This document shows, in pieces, positions 17,592-26,900 of a stretch of DNA of 41,486 nt; positions within the stretch are counted from its first letter, which is position 1, and each line of letters begins with the position of its first letter. The notes under the pieces were generated by a model, which was not told the origin of the DNA, did not search any database, and saw only the letters and a program-made list of their open reading frames with translations. The DNA is from Bacteroidota bacterium (GTDB lineage Bacteria > Bacteroidota > Bacteroidia > Palsa-948): contig SCSP01000074.1 of assembly GCA_004297845.1 (NCBI GenBank), forward strand, positions 1 through 41,486. Direction: 5' to 3'. The translations under genes were made by a program, and so were the position numbers.

Positions 17592-19079
17592 ATGACGTTT
17601 CACTATTCATTAAAAATACTCGCTTTTTTAGTTCTCACGCTGGGAATCACCCAAATTCCTGTTTGCAATACTACTAAGGATACTTCCGCAGGCAGCGATT
17701 CCCTTAATGCCGTTGATATTCCACATATTCTGGCAAGGAAGAAAATAGTGGCCCTCACAGACAATAGTTCCACCAGCTACTTCATCTATAAAGGAGAACC
17801 CATGGGCTACGAGTATGAAATGCTCCGCTCCTTCGCCAAGCACTTGAAAGTGGATCTGCAAATTATTGTAGCGAAGGATATGAACGAAATATTCGATCTG
17901 CTGCAAAAAGGAGAAGTGGATATTGTATGCGCCAACCTTACCGTTACCGAGGAAAGAATGAAAAAAGTGAATTTTACCGAGCCTCTTATATATACAAGAC
18001 AGGTGCTGGTACAACCCAAACCCAAAGGATGGCAGAATATGAACGCGGAAAAACAAAGTGAATACCTGGTGAGAACTACAATCGATATGTCGGAAAAAAA
18101 TATTTACGTGCGCAAAGGATCTTCGTTCTATTCAAGGCTCGTGAATTTACAGGACGAGATAGCATCCAAAATAAATATTATTGAAGTGCCCGGAGAGGTA
18201 ACCACCGAGGGGCTGATAGCCATGGTTGCCAACGGAAAAATACCCTTCACAATTTCTGACGAAAATGTGGCCATGGTGAATCAAACCTATTATCCCGCAC
18301 TCGACATTAAAACTGCGATCAGCTTCCCACAAAAGATAGCATGGGCAGTGAATAAGCGCTCTCCCCTGCTGCTGGCGGAACTTAACAGTTGGATCATCCA
18401 CAAGAAAAATACAACGGAATACGCAGCGCTGTATAATAAGTATTTCAAAAACCCCAAAGGAGCAGGTCAAAGGAACGAGAGCGAGTTCTCTTCCCTTGGT
18501 GGAAATAAGATATCACCTTATGATGACATGATCATGGCTTATAGCAGGGAAATAGGCTGGGACTGGCGACTTTTGGCATCGATGATCTACCAGGAATCCA
18601 AGTTCGACCCAAACGCTCAATCCTGGGCAGGGGCTTGCGGTTTAATGCAGATGATACCCTCCACCGCACTTCAATATGGACTGGACACCTGCGGAGGCAC
18701 CGCCATTGAGAGCATTGACGCGGGAACACGCCACATTATAAAACTGGACCAGTACTGGGCAAAGGTTATCACAAATAAGAACGAACGAATAAAATTTGTG
18801 CTTGCCTCTTATAACGTGGGACTGGGCCATATCATTGACGCAAGGAACCTGAGCAGGAAATACGGAAAAAATCCGGATCTATGGCAAGGAAATGTTGAAA
18901 AATACATACTGCTGAAATCGTTTCCGAAATACTATAACGACCCAGCGGTGCGTTGCGGCTATTGCAGGGGGCAGGAACCTTATAACTACGTCAGAGAGAT
19001 CATTTCCCGCTACGAACACTATAAAAACACAATAAAGGAAAACGATGAAAACCATGTGTTGGCAGATAAAACAAGCTAA
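17592..19079 (+). CDS. mltF: membrane-bound lytic murein transglycosylase F-like (SBP_bac_3 + SLT domains)
   Basis: N-terminal periplasmic-binding-protein-type domain (GYEYEMLRSFAKHLKV...VDIVCANLTVT.ER). C-terminal SLT catalytic motif (IYQESKFDPNAQSWAGACGLMQM, ASYNVGLGH). Confidence 0.85.
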   Translation: MTFHYSLKILAFLVLTLGITQIPVCNTTKDTSAGSDSLNAVDIPHILARKKIVALTDNSSTSYFIYKGEPMGYEYEMLRSFAKHLKVDLQIIVAKDMNEIFDLLQKGEVDIVCANLTVTEERMKKVNFTEPLIYTRQVLVQPKPKGWQNMNAEKQSEYLVRTTIDMSEKNIYVRKGSSFYSRLVNLQDEIASKINIIEVPGEVTTEGLIAMVANGKIPFTISDENVAMVNQTYYPALDIKTAISFPQKIAWAVNKRSPLLLAELNSWIIHKKNTTEYAALYNKYFKNPKGAGQRNESEFSSLGGNKISPYDDMIMAYSREIGWDWRLLASMIYQESKFDPNAQSWAGACGLMQMIPSTALQYGLDTCGGTAIESIDAGTRHIIKLDQYWAKVITNKNERIKFVLASYNVGLGHIIDARNLSRKYGKNPDLWQGNVEKYILLKSFPKYYNDPAVRCGYCRGQEPYNYVREIISRYEHYKNTIKENDENHVLADKTS

Positions 19080-19168
19080 GTCGCAGCCTATATACAACAA
19101 GTCGTCTAAATGGTATAAAAAAAGGTAACTTTTAGAAGGACTTTAACGTACACAAGCAAAAGGAGGAA

Positions 19169-19372
19169 ATGTGGGAAAATACTCCAAACAAACTGCAAAC
19201 TATGAATCCTGAAAAACTACACGATTTTGTGAACTGGCTGAACGGACAGGTAGAACATCTCTCCAGCGCCATCAACGAAGCTCATGATGGAAAGAACTTT
19301 GGGAGAGAAGCGCAGTTTGAAGGTATGCGCGATGCATTTATGCGTTGCCTCAATAAACTAACGAAAGAATAA
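19169..19372 (+). CDS. small hypothetical protein (67 aa)
   Basis: Isolated ORF with helical-looking sequence. AGGAGG lies only 2 nt before the ATG. Confidence 0.4.
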   Translation: MWENTPNKLQTMNPEKLHDFVNWLNGQVEHLSSAINEAHDGKNFGREAQFEGMRDAFMRCLNKLTKE

Positions 19373-19430
19373 ACCTGTTTAGAAATGCCCAAAAAGCAGA
19401 CAGCCAATAAGGTTTTTACAGCCTGAGACT

Positions 19431-20018
19431 CTACTCAACGCAAGGCAATTGGTTAATAAAAATTGCAGGATTTACTGCTTTGTACTCCTCTTCCACTTTG
19501 GTCCAGGAAATTTTTATGCGTTGCAGATCTGATGACTTAAGCATTTCAGCCTCCTTCCTGGAAATTCTGGAAAAAGTTTTGTACTCGGTGTGTTCAGCGG
19601 ACAGATTGGTGTTGCCGCTGAAAGTTCCGGCAAAAGGAACTGTTACTGTTTTTCCCGATGCAAGTATGAAAGAAATCTGATTGCCTTTCCGTATCATTCC
19701 ATAATCCCTATACGCATTTAAAGAATATATTTTGAAATCAAAATAAATACCCATCACAGTATCCACCCGCACACAGCTTAAATAGCCCTTCATATAATCA
19801 TTGGTTAAACTCTTTCGGCTTGAATCAGCCACCGCGTTTTCAAGAGAAATGAACAGGGCACCTTCTACTACCCTAACATGGTTACCAACCGGATTAATTT
19901 CATTGAGGGTATAGGAACAATTGGATTTAGTCGCCACATCCCTTTTCTCTTCTTTAACAGCGGGAGTGCAGGCAGTGAAAAAAATGATGGCTGCAATTAT
20001 CAATTGGACTGTATTCAT
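19431..20018 (-). CDS. hypothetical lipoprotein (195 aa)
   Basis: Signal peptide with a lipobox-like ...AAIIFFTAC. Confidence 0.6.
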   Translation of the reverse strand: MNTVQLIIAAIIFFTACTPAVKEEKRDVATKSNCSYTLNEINPVGNHVRVVEGALFISLENAVADSSRKSLTNDYMKGYLSCVRVDTVMGIYFDFKIYSLNAYRDYGMIRKGNQISFILASGKTVTVPFAGTFSGNTNLSAEHTEYKTFSRISRKEAEMLKSSDLQRIKISWTKVEEEYKAVNPAIFINQLPCVE

Positions 20019-20203
20019 TGTATATGGGAGTAAACGGCAAATATAATTTTTTCAAACCAAGTAGAATAAAAAAAGTTACTTTTGCCAGCCCGTTCCCCGC
20101 CAGAATGATTCTGTCAGGCTGGCGTTCAAGACGGGGACTGCCTTTAAACTGGTTGCAACATGTTTACAGAATGTTGGATATTTGTACTCAATTTAGATAA
20201 TAC

Positions 20204-20277
20204 GGACTGGTAGTTCAGCTGGTTAGAATGCTTCCCTGTCACGGAAGAGGTCGCGGGTTCGAATCCCGTCCAGTCCG
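20204..20277 (+). tRNA. tRNA-Asp (anticodon GTC)
   Basis: Hand-folded cloverleaf. Acceptor GGACTGG/CCAGTCC, D arm GTTC..GAAT, anticodon stem CTTCC/GGAAG with loop CTGTCAC (GUC), T arm GCGGG-TTCGAAT-CCCGT, discriminator G. CCA is not encoded. Confidence 0.95.
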
Positions 20278-20281
20278 CATC

Positions 20282-20309
20282 AAGGCTCCCAGACAGGAGC
20301 CTTTTTTAT
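20282..20309 (+). terminator. rho-independent terminator after tRNA-Asp
   Basis: aaggctcc-cagaca-ggagcctt (8-bp stem) followed by a T-run. Confidence 0.7.
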
Positions 20310-20569
20310 TGCTGTATTCACATAAAGTCATTTTCAATCAGCTATAAATTATGCAACTCTTCTTGAAAGTGTATAAATTTATCTCACGCACAGTATAACA
20401 TAATAATAGCATCCTGAGACATTTTATTGATAAAATTTTACACACTAAAAACAGTATGAAAAATAAAACATTTTTTATTTTCGTTGCCTGTTTCTGTAAT
20501 CATTTACACTAACGTATTTCAGCAACTACCTCAATATCAACCCTGCCTGTTTTTACTCAGTAACCGCGT

Positions 20570-21535
20570 ATGAAAAAATCAAGATCACCTTTAACATTGT
20601 TCCTGTTGCTTCTCACAGCAACTTTCAACCCTGTTTCCGCCCAGGTGGGATTCAATAATCCTAACCCTCATCCGAGCTCAATAGTTGACCTGACTGCAAA
20701 CAATAAGGGATTGCTGATTCCACGCATGACCTCAGCGCAACGACAGGCAATTACAAGCCCTGCAAACGGATTATTGGTATTTGACAAAACGCTTAAAGCC
20801 TTTTGCGTTTATGATACCGTTTCAAATCCCGACAAGTGGCTAAGGCTGAACAGCATGCAGGCAGATGCAAATCCCAATAGCGATGTGGTTTCGAAAACTT
20901 CAGGTAATATGGGTCTTGGAACCGGTACTCCATCCCACAAATTAGATGTGGTCGGCAACATAAGAACTTCAGATACCATCATTGCCACCGTGGGAAGATT
21001 TACCGGAACCATTACAGCAAGCAGCTTCATCGGAAATGGCTCTGTTCCTTCCGGATCAATAATAATGTGGTATGGCGCTGCTCCGCCTGCAGGCTGGGCA
21101 ATATGCGATGGCTCGAACGGAACGCCTGATCTTCGCGGAAGATTTGTTGTTGGCTCCGGAACAAACGCAAACCCCGCTCCGGGAGATATTAATCCAACCT
21201 ACACCGTGGGAACAACAGGCGGGGAAAATAAACATTTGCTTACCAAATCAGAATTGCCAAAGCACAAACATACTGTAACAAGCGCGGCAACAGATAACGG
21301 ACAGGTAACCGTTGCTCCCTCCTCAACAAATGATACGTATTATACATTAGGTGCCGGGTCTCCTTTGTTCTTTTCACCGGTAGGCGGAGCGGAACACCAT
21401 AATGCGGTTAATCTACCCACACATGCACATACTGTCTCGGGAAATACCGGGGATGGAACCACAGACGGTGTAAACGCACAATCACACGAGAACCGCCCAC
21501 CGTATTTTGTGTTAATCTATATCATGAAGCAATAA
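20570..21535 (+). CDS. secreted phage-tail-collar-domain (MdpB-like) protein
   Basis: Signal peptide. Collar-domain signatures GSIIMWYG...PAGWAICDGSNGTPDLRGRFVVG, GGENKHLLTKSELPKHKH and NRPPYFVLIYIMK. Confidence 0.85.
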   Translation: MKKSRSPLTLFLLLLTATFNPVSAQVGFNNPNPHPSSIVDLTANNKGLLIPRMTSAQRQAITSPANGLLVFDKTLKAFCVYDTVSNPDKWLRLNSMQADANPNSDVVSKTSGNMGLGTGTPSHKLDVVGNIRTSDTIIATVGRFTGTITASSFIGNGSVPSGSIIMWYGAAPPAGWAICDGSNGTPDLRGRFVVGSGTNANPAPGDINPTYTVGTTGGENKHLLTKSELPKHKHTVTSAATDNGQVTVAPSSTNDTYYTLGAGSPLFFSPVGGAEHHNAVNLPTHAHTVSGNTGDGTTDGVNAQSHENRPPYFVLIYIMKQ

Positions 21536-21536
21536 A

Positions 21537-23885
21537 ATGAAGCTGTTTTTTTCTTTCTGCTTCCTCGTCCTTTTTTATTCTGGCGAATGTATTGCCCAGG
21601 TAACTGTTACTAATAATGGCGTAACGATCACCAATTTGAATCAGACCATTCACCTCAACGGCAATGTAGTGAACCAGACATCCGGGTTTTTAAAGAACAA
21701 CGGAAACATTTACGTAAACGGAAATATTACAAACAATGGCACCACTGCTTTTTGTGATTCTTCTTCCGGACAGGTCCATTTGAACGGAACGGGGCAAAAG
21801 ATAAACGGTACTCATACCCTGAATTTTCACAGACTGATTTTAAATACTGCCGACACACTCAAACTGGAACAATCCATTAAAGTTATTGATTCCCTCAGTT
21901 TCACCAACGGATTCATTGACCTGAACGGACAGACGATTGATCTTGATACAAGCGGATATTTATCAAATGAACGGCTTTCAAGCCACCTCTACGGTATTAC
22001 CGGAAAAATAATATCAAGAAAATATCTGAACCAGCCTGTTCTTGCAGATAATGCGGGAGGGCTTGGACTAAGAATAAGGTCAAATAATAATCACGGTTTG
22101 ACTACCGTAGAGCGAAGCCATTTCCAGCAGCCCGCTGCTGATTCAAGCATCTACCGTTTTTATAAAGTTTCATCACAGTATCCAAATCTTATCGACAGCA
22201 TTTCTGTTTTCTATTTTAATGATGAGAAATTTAAGAACGAAGCTAATTACAAGGTGTTCTCTAAAAAATATTCCGGCAATAATGGATGGATAAATAGAGG
22301 AGGAACTGTAGATTTTGTCGGCAAAGAAGTTTCCGTTCAAAGCCCTATCCTGCTTGATACAGCGCTTTTTACGGTTGCAGATGAAAACTGCAGTATGGTT
22401 CCTGACATAAACGTAACCGGGGTAACCAACCTTGTTCCCATGATGTCCGTTGATACCATTACTTGTGCAAATGATACTCTGAATATAAACGCCTACTCCT
22501 CTGTGCCAAATGCAGTTATTATCTGGAAGGATATATCAGACAGCATTTTCAGCAACCCGCTGCAAGTATCTTCCCCCGGCTTCTATTTCATTGATGTTAC
22601 GGATGGGGTGAACGGATGTACCAACAACATTCTTGTAAATATAACACAGGATAAAATACCCCCACTTTTAGACGCACTTTCGGATTCTGTTTTTTTAAAT
22701 TGCTCACAATCATCCCTGCAATTAAACGGAAACTCCCCTACTCCACTTACTGCTCTTTTATGGACAGGAGCCAGTTTCAGTTCTCCGGATCCTGCAACTG
22801 TAAATGCTACAGGAAATTATTATTTGACCGGAACGCGCAGTGATAATGGTTGTATAAAGATTGATTCTGTTTTGGTCGGTTACAAACCACAATTGATTTT
22901 GCTGAGCAGCCAGGATACATTAGTGTGTAAAAATTCAACTATCCTCCTTTCCACTTCTGAAACAGGTTCTTTAACCGGAGTAAATTACTCCTGGAGTAAC
23001 GGAACTGCTTCTGCAAGCACAACGGTTCAGCCAATAGTAACTGCCACTTATATTATTACCGCAAACTCGCCCGGCTGCAGCGGAAAGGACACCATTGTCG
23101 TTACCGTTCCTCCTGACATGATCGATTCCGTAGCAACCTATAAGCCATGCAACGGAACTACCTTCGGAACCATACTTCTTTATGTGTACGGAGGAATTCC
23201 TCCCTATAAATATTCCATAAACAACGGAGCCGCCTTTTCATCAACCGGAACATTTACGAACATTCCTTTTGGAACTTACAACGTATTGATAAAAGATTCG
23301 CTGGGCTGCACTACGTCAAACACAGCGGTGCTGAATGGCTTCAGCGGACTGCCTGTGCCTCAGTTTATCGCGAGCACACAAAACGCGAAAGGCGATACGA
23401 TAGTTTTGGTTGACATCAGCACGCCACAACCCGATTCAGTTTCATGGATATTTCCTCCACAGGCAAAGATCATTGGAGGAGATAAATTCAACCCTGTCGT
23501 TTATATGCCCGATACAGGAGCATTCCCTGTTACTATGATCGGTTATTGGGCAGATTGCGTGCTTGACACCACCAAGCTTATCTATTTCCATCCCACCGAT
23601 ACCGCCACCGCAAGTGAATATAATAACAACGGCATTAAATCCCTGACTCTTTATCCAAATCCCAATAATGGGACATTTACAGTTGGCGTGGAATTTTACA
23701 AGAAACAAAATTCAAGTATCCAGATTTGGGATACTTCGCCCACAAAATATTTTCAGAAAAATTTCATTGATACGGGTATGATCACCTTACCTGTCAGCCT
23801 TACTCAATTAGTGAACGGAACATACATCCTGCGGGTAATTGGAGAATACAATACCAAACATCTGAATTTCATAATCAGTCATTAG
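21537..23885 (+). CDS. T9SS cargo protein with SprB-type/PKD-like repeats and type-A C-terminal sorting domain
   Basis: Signal peptide. SprB-repeat-like 'CNGTTFGTILLYVYGGIPPYKYSINNG...GTYNVLIKDSLGCT'. C-terminal 'LTLYPNPNNGTFTV...GTYILRVIG'. Starts 1 nt after the previous stop. Confidence 0.85.
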   Translation: MKLFFSFCFLVLFYSGECIAQVTVTNNGVTITNLNQTIHLNGNVVNQTSGFLKNNGNIYVNGNITNNGTTAFCDSSSGQVHLNGTGQKINGTHTLNFHRLILNTADTLKLEQSIKVIDSLSFTNGFIDLNGQTIDLDTSGYLSNERLSSHLYGITGKIISRKYLNQPVLADNAGGLGLRIRSNNNHGLTTVERSHFQQPAADSSIYRFYKVSSQYPNLIDSISVFYFNDEKFKNEANYKVFSKKYSGNNGWINRGGTVDFVGKEVSVQSPILLDTALFTVADENCSMVPDINVTGVTNLVPMMSVDTITCANDTLNINAYSSVPNAVIIWKDISDSIFSNPLQVSSPGFYFIDVTDGVNGCTNNILVNITQDKIPPLLDALSDSVFLNCSQSSLQLNGNSPTPLTALLWTGASFSSPDPATVNATGNYYLTGTRSDNGCIKIDSVLVGYKPQLILLSSQDTLVCKNSTILLSTSETGSLTGVNYSWSNGTASASTTVQPIVTATYIITANSPGCSGKDTIVVTVPPDMIDSVATYKPCNGTTFGTILLYVYGGIPPYKYSINNGAAFSSTGTFTNIPFGTYNVLIKDSLGCTTSNTAVLNGFSGLPVPQFIASTQNAKGDTIVLVDISTPQPDSVSWIFPPQAKIIGGDKFNPVVYMPDTGAFPVTMIGYWADCVLDTTKLIYFHPTDTATASEYNNNGIKSLTLYPNPNNGTFTVGVEFYKKQNSSIQIWDTSPTKYFQKNFIDTGMITLPVSLTQLVNGTYILRVIGEYNTKHLNFIISH

Positions 23886-23901
23886 TGGATAATCCTGTGT
23901 T

Positions 23902-26900
23902 ATGAATTTTCAGAAAATATTTTTCTTTTTCCTACTTTTCTACTTCTCCTCTCTCTTGAGGAGAGGGTCCGAGGGAGAGGCCTCTGCCCAAATCTACCCT
24001 GTACAACTTACCGCCCAACTCATTCCCCCTTACAGCGGATATTTATTGGACTACGCTGATCCAACTTCCGAAAAGCTGCGCATCATTTTACAGTTCAATG
24101 ATTTTACAGTGCCGCAATATAACCTGCGGCTAAGGCTGGAGATCAAAGGGAACGGTTTCACCATACAGTCAAAACAACTATTCAACCCACCGCCCGTTGT
24201 GGTGCAGCCCGGTGTGCCGGCAATGCTGAGCGGAACTGATCTGGCCCCTTATCTTAACAGCAACAACCTCGATTTCATCGGCATCAATCAAAGCCAATAT
24301 GAACAGGGAAAAGCGCTGCCGGAGGGATATTACAGCCTCTGCGTAAAAGCGTATGATTATTACCTGGCAAATACACAGGTGAGCAACGAGGGCTGTGCGC
24401 AGGCCTGGTTCACGTTAAGCGATCCGCCTTTTTTGAATATGCCGTTTTGCAATACAAGCGTGGTACCGCAGTCGCCCCAAAACATTTTATTTCAGTGGAC
24501 ACCCATGAACATGGGCTCTCCGAACTCTGCATTCAGCACTGAATATGACTTTGAACTATGGGAGATCAAACCTGACAGTACCGCCAATCCAGATCAGGTT
24601 GTTTTGAGCGCTCCTCCCATCTATAAAATTACCACGCAGCAAACCTTGGTTAATTACGGAATTGCAGAACCAGAGCTGACCCTTTACATGAAATATGCAT
24701 GGCGCGTGCGCGCGAGAGACCTCAACGGATACGACCTTTTTAAAAATAAAGGTTACAGTCAGGTTTGCACGTTTAATTACGGAAACGCGGGAAAAGTATT
24801 AGACAGCGCCTACGCATTAACTCTCACCGCACAGGCCGTAACGCACCGCATGGGAATGTGCAGATGGAATTTTCAAAAAGTTTTTTCCAACTATTTGCTG
24901 CAGGTACGCAAACAGGGATCTTCAAACTGGTTTGATCACCCTACGAACCTTAACACGCAAAAGATCACCAATCTGGAACCCAATACCGCCTACGAAGCCA
25001 GGGTGCGCGGGAAAGGCAGTGATATCCTTACCGGGGAATGGAGCAACACTGCCACGTTCACCACTTTGAAGGAACCCGTTTATAATTGCAACGACCCAAC
25101 CATCCCGCCCAATCTCCTTCAGGCATCTCCCCTGCCTGCAGATAAGGCGATTGCGGGATTGGTGATACAGACGGGACAGTTTGAAGTGACGGCAACCGAA
25201 ATCTCTTCAAGTGGCGGAGCCGGCTGGTACAAAGGGAAAGGTTATGCAAAAATTCTTGGAGGATTTCCGCTTGCTGTGCAATGGAAGAGCATTTACATTG
25301 ATGACAACAACCGCCACCAGCAAGGTGTTATAGAAGCAATGACTAAAGGAATTGATGCATGGATGCATCAATGGGATATCCAGGAAGCGGAAGAAAATTC
25401 TATTTATACTAATGGAATAATTGATAGTATATATATCAATGGAAATCAGGTATGTATAATTATTCAAGGAAATACAACTGCGTTATGCTACCCTATTCCT
25501 CCCGATGCCAATGTGCTGGTGATACGGGATGAAGAGGGGAATCAATACACGGTTACCACCATCCCTCCTCCCCCCAAGATAGAAGGTCCAACAAACTACC
25601 TTGTACCCAGCGCTGATGTTTTAGATGCCACAGACAGCCTGAAAGTAACCTTCAGCGCCAGCACGTTACAAAAGTATGGCTTTGATAAAAAAGAATACAC
25701 AGCTTACGGGCCCAACTACGAACTGATAAAACTCAAAAATGGCAAAAATTATTTTGTCCCCTATAAAAGTGTTGGAGAAAACCAGACCGATGAAGTCTTT
25801 GCTGATGTACTTGTAAAAGGCTTTGATAAAAGCCTGCTGAGCTTTAAAACCAAGGATGGAACTGTGTTAACATCTGTCACAGGCAGTAATTCTACTCAAT
25901 TCAAAGTTACAGTACCGGATAAGGCAGAATGTGTTTACGCCTGGTACAACGGTAAAAAGATCGGAAAGCTGAATGTTCAGAGCTACAAGCCAGTCAATAA
26001 AAAATTGGTTCTTGTCCCTGTTAATGCCTCTTCGCTTCCTTCCCTCCCTTCGGGAGGGCCGGGGTGGGCTGCAGCCAACATCAACTGGACGGTGAGCACA
26101 GCAGCAAGTTTCACATTTAATCTGGGAACAGATGGACTGGAAGCTCCGGATGCAACTTTGATGACGAAGTACAGTTCCGAAATGCGTGCCCTGCGCGATG
26201 CCTACAGGCAAAAAGACACTGCGTACGATAAGAACGCGTATTACGTATTTGTTGTGCCGGGTTTCACTGACCCCAATTACAAAGGCTACATGGTACGCGG
26301 CAGGGCAGCAGGCTTCGTGACAGCAAACGCCAGCGCCAGGGACCTGGCGCACGAACTCGCGCATGGCGCTTTTGGACTTGAGCATACTTTTCCTCAAATA
26401 GCCAAAGGCACAAGCAACAACCTTCTCGATTATTCCACCGGCACTACCCTAACTAAAAAGCAGTGGGATATGATGCATACCAGCATGCCTGTCTTTAATT
26501 GGTTAGATAGTGAGGAGGATGCGGCAATACTTGACGAATGGAAACTCATATTAGGAATTTTGAATACAATTAAAACATCTCATCAAAAGGATATATCAGT
26601 ACACAAAAATGGATTTACCGCTCCGCATAAAATTGTAACAATCAACAATGTTTATTTAGCAGGTGTTAATTACCAATATATAAAGCTATTGGTACAATAT
26701 CAATGGCCATGGGACTCAATTCATCCGCAAGGAAATATTAAAGAAGTAAGCGGCATATACGGAGGAGAAAATTTGGATGGATTAGATATTGGAGGAAACG
26801 TATGGGTATTTGTTCCAAAGAACAGAGTTGCCAATATGAATATATTTTTAACCTCCCCTGCCGACAGAAATTTATTGTTGTTTGTTGGCGGATACATACC

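Noticed and set aside
19161-19166. AGGAGG as a functional Shine-Dalgarno site for the 67-aa ORF
   Set aside because: It lies only 2 nt from the ATG, which is too close for canonical SD spacing. Other genes in the window lack SD sequences, so I did not annotate it.
20570-23885. A prophage remnant, inferred from the tail-collar-domain gene
   Set aside because: There are no capsid, terminase, portal, tail-tube, baseplate or lysis genes. The collar protein has a Sec signal peptide and its neighbour is a T9SS cargo protein.
25867-26397. 176-aa antisense ORF inside the 1246-aa gene, and similar antisense ORFs such as 4980-5366, 15159-15563, 17628-18056 and 9216-9572
   Set aside because: Each lies entirely within a longer ORF that has clear domain signatures on the other strand. 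Their peptides are Cys/Arg/His-rich and motif-free, as expected for chance antisense frames.
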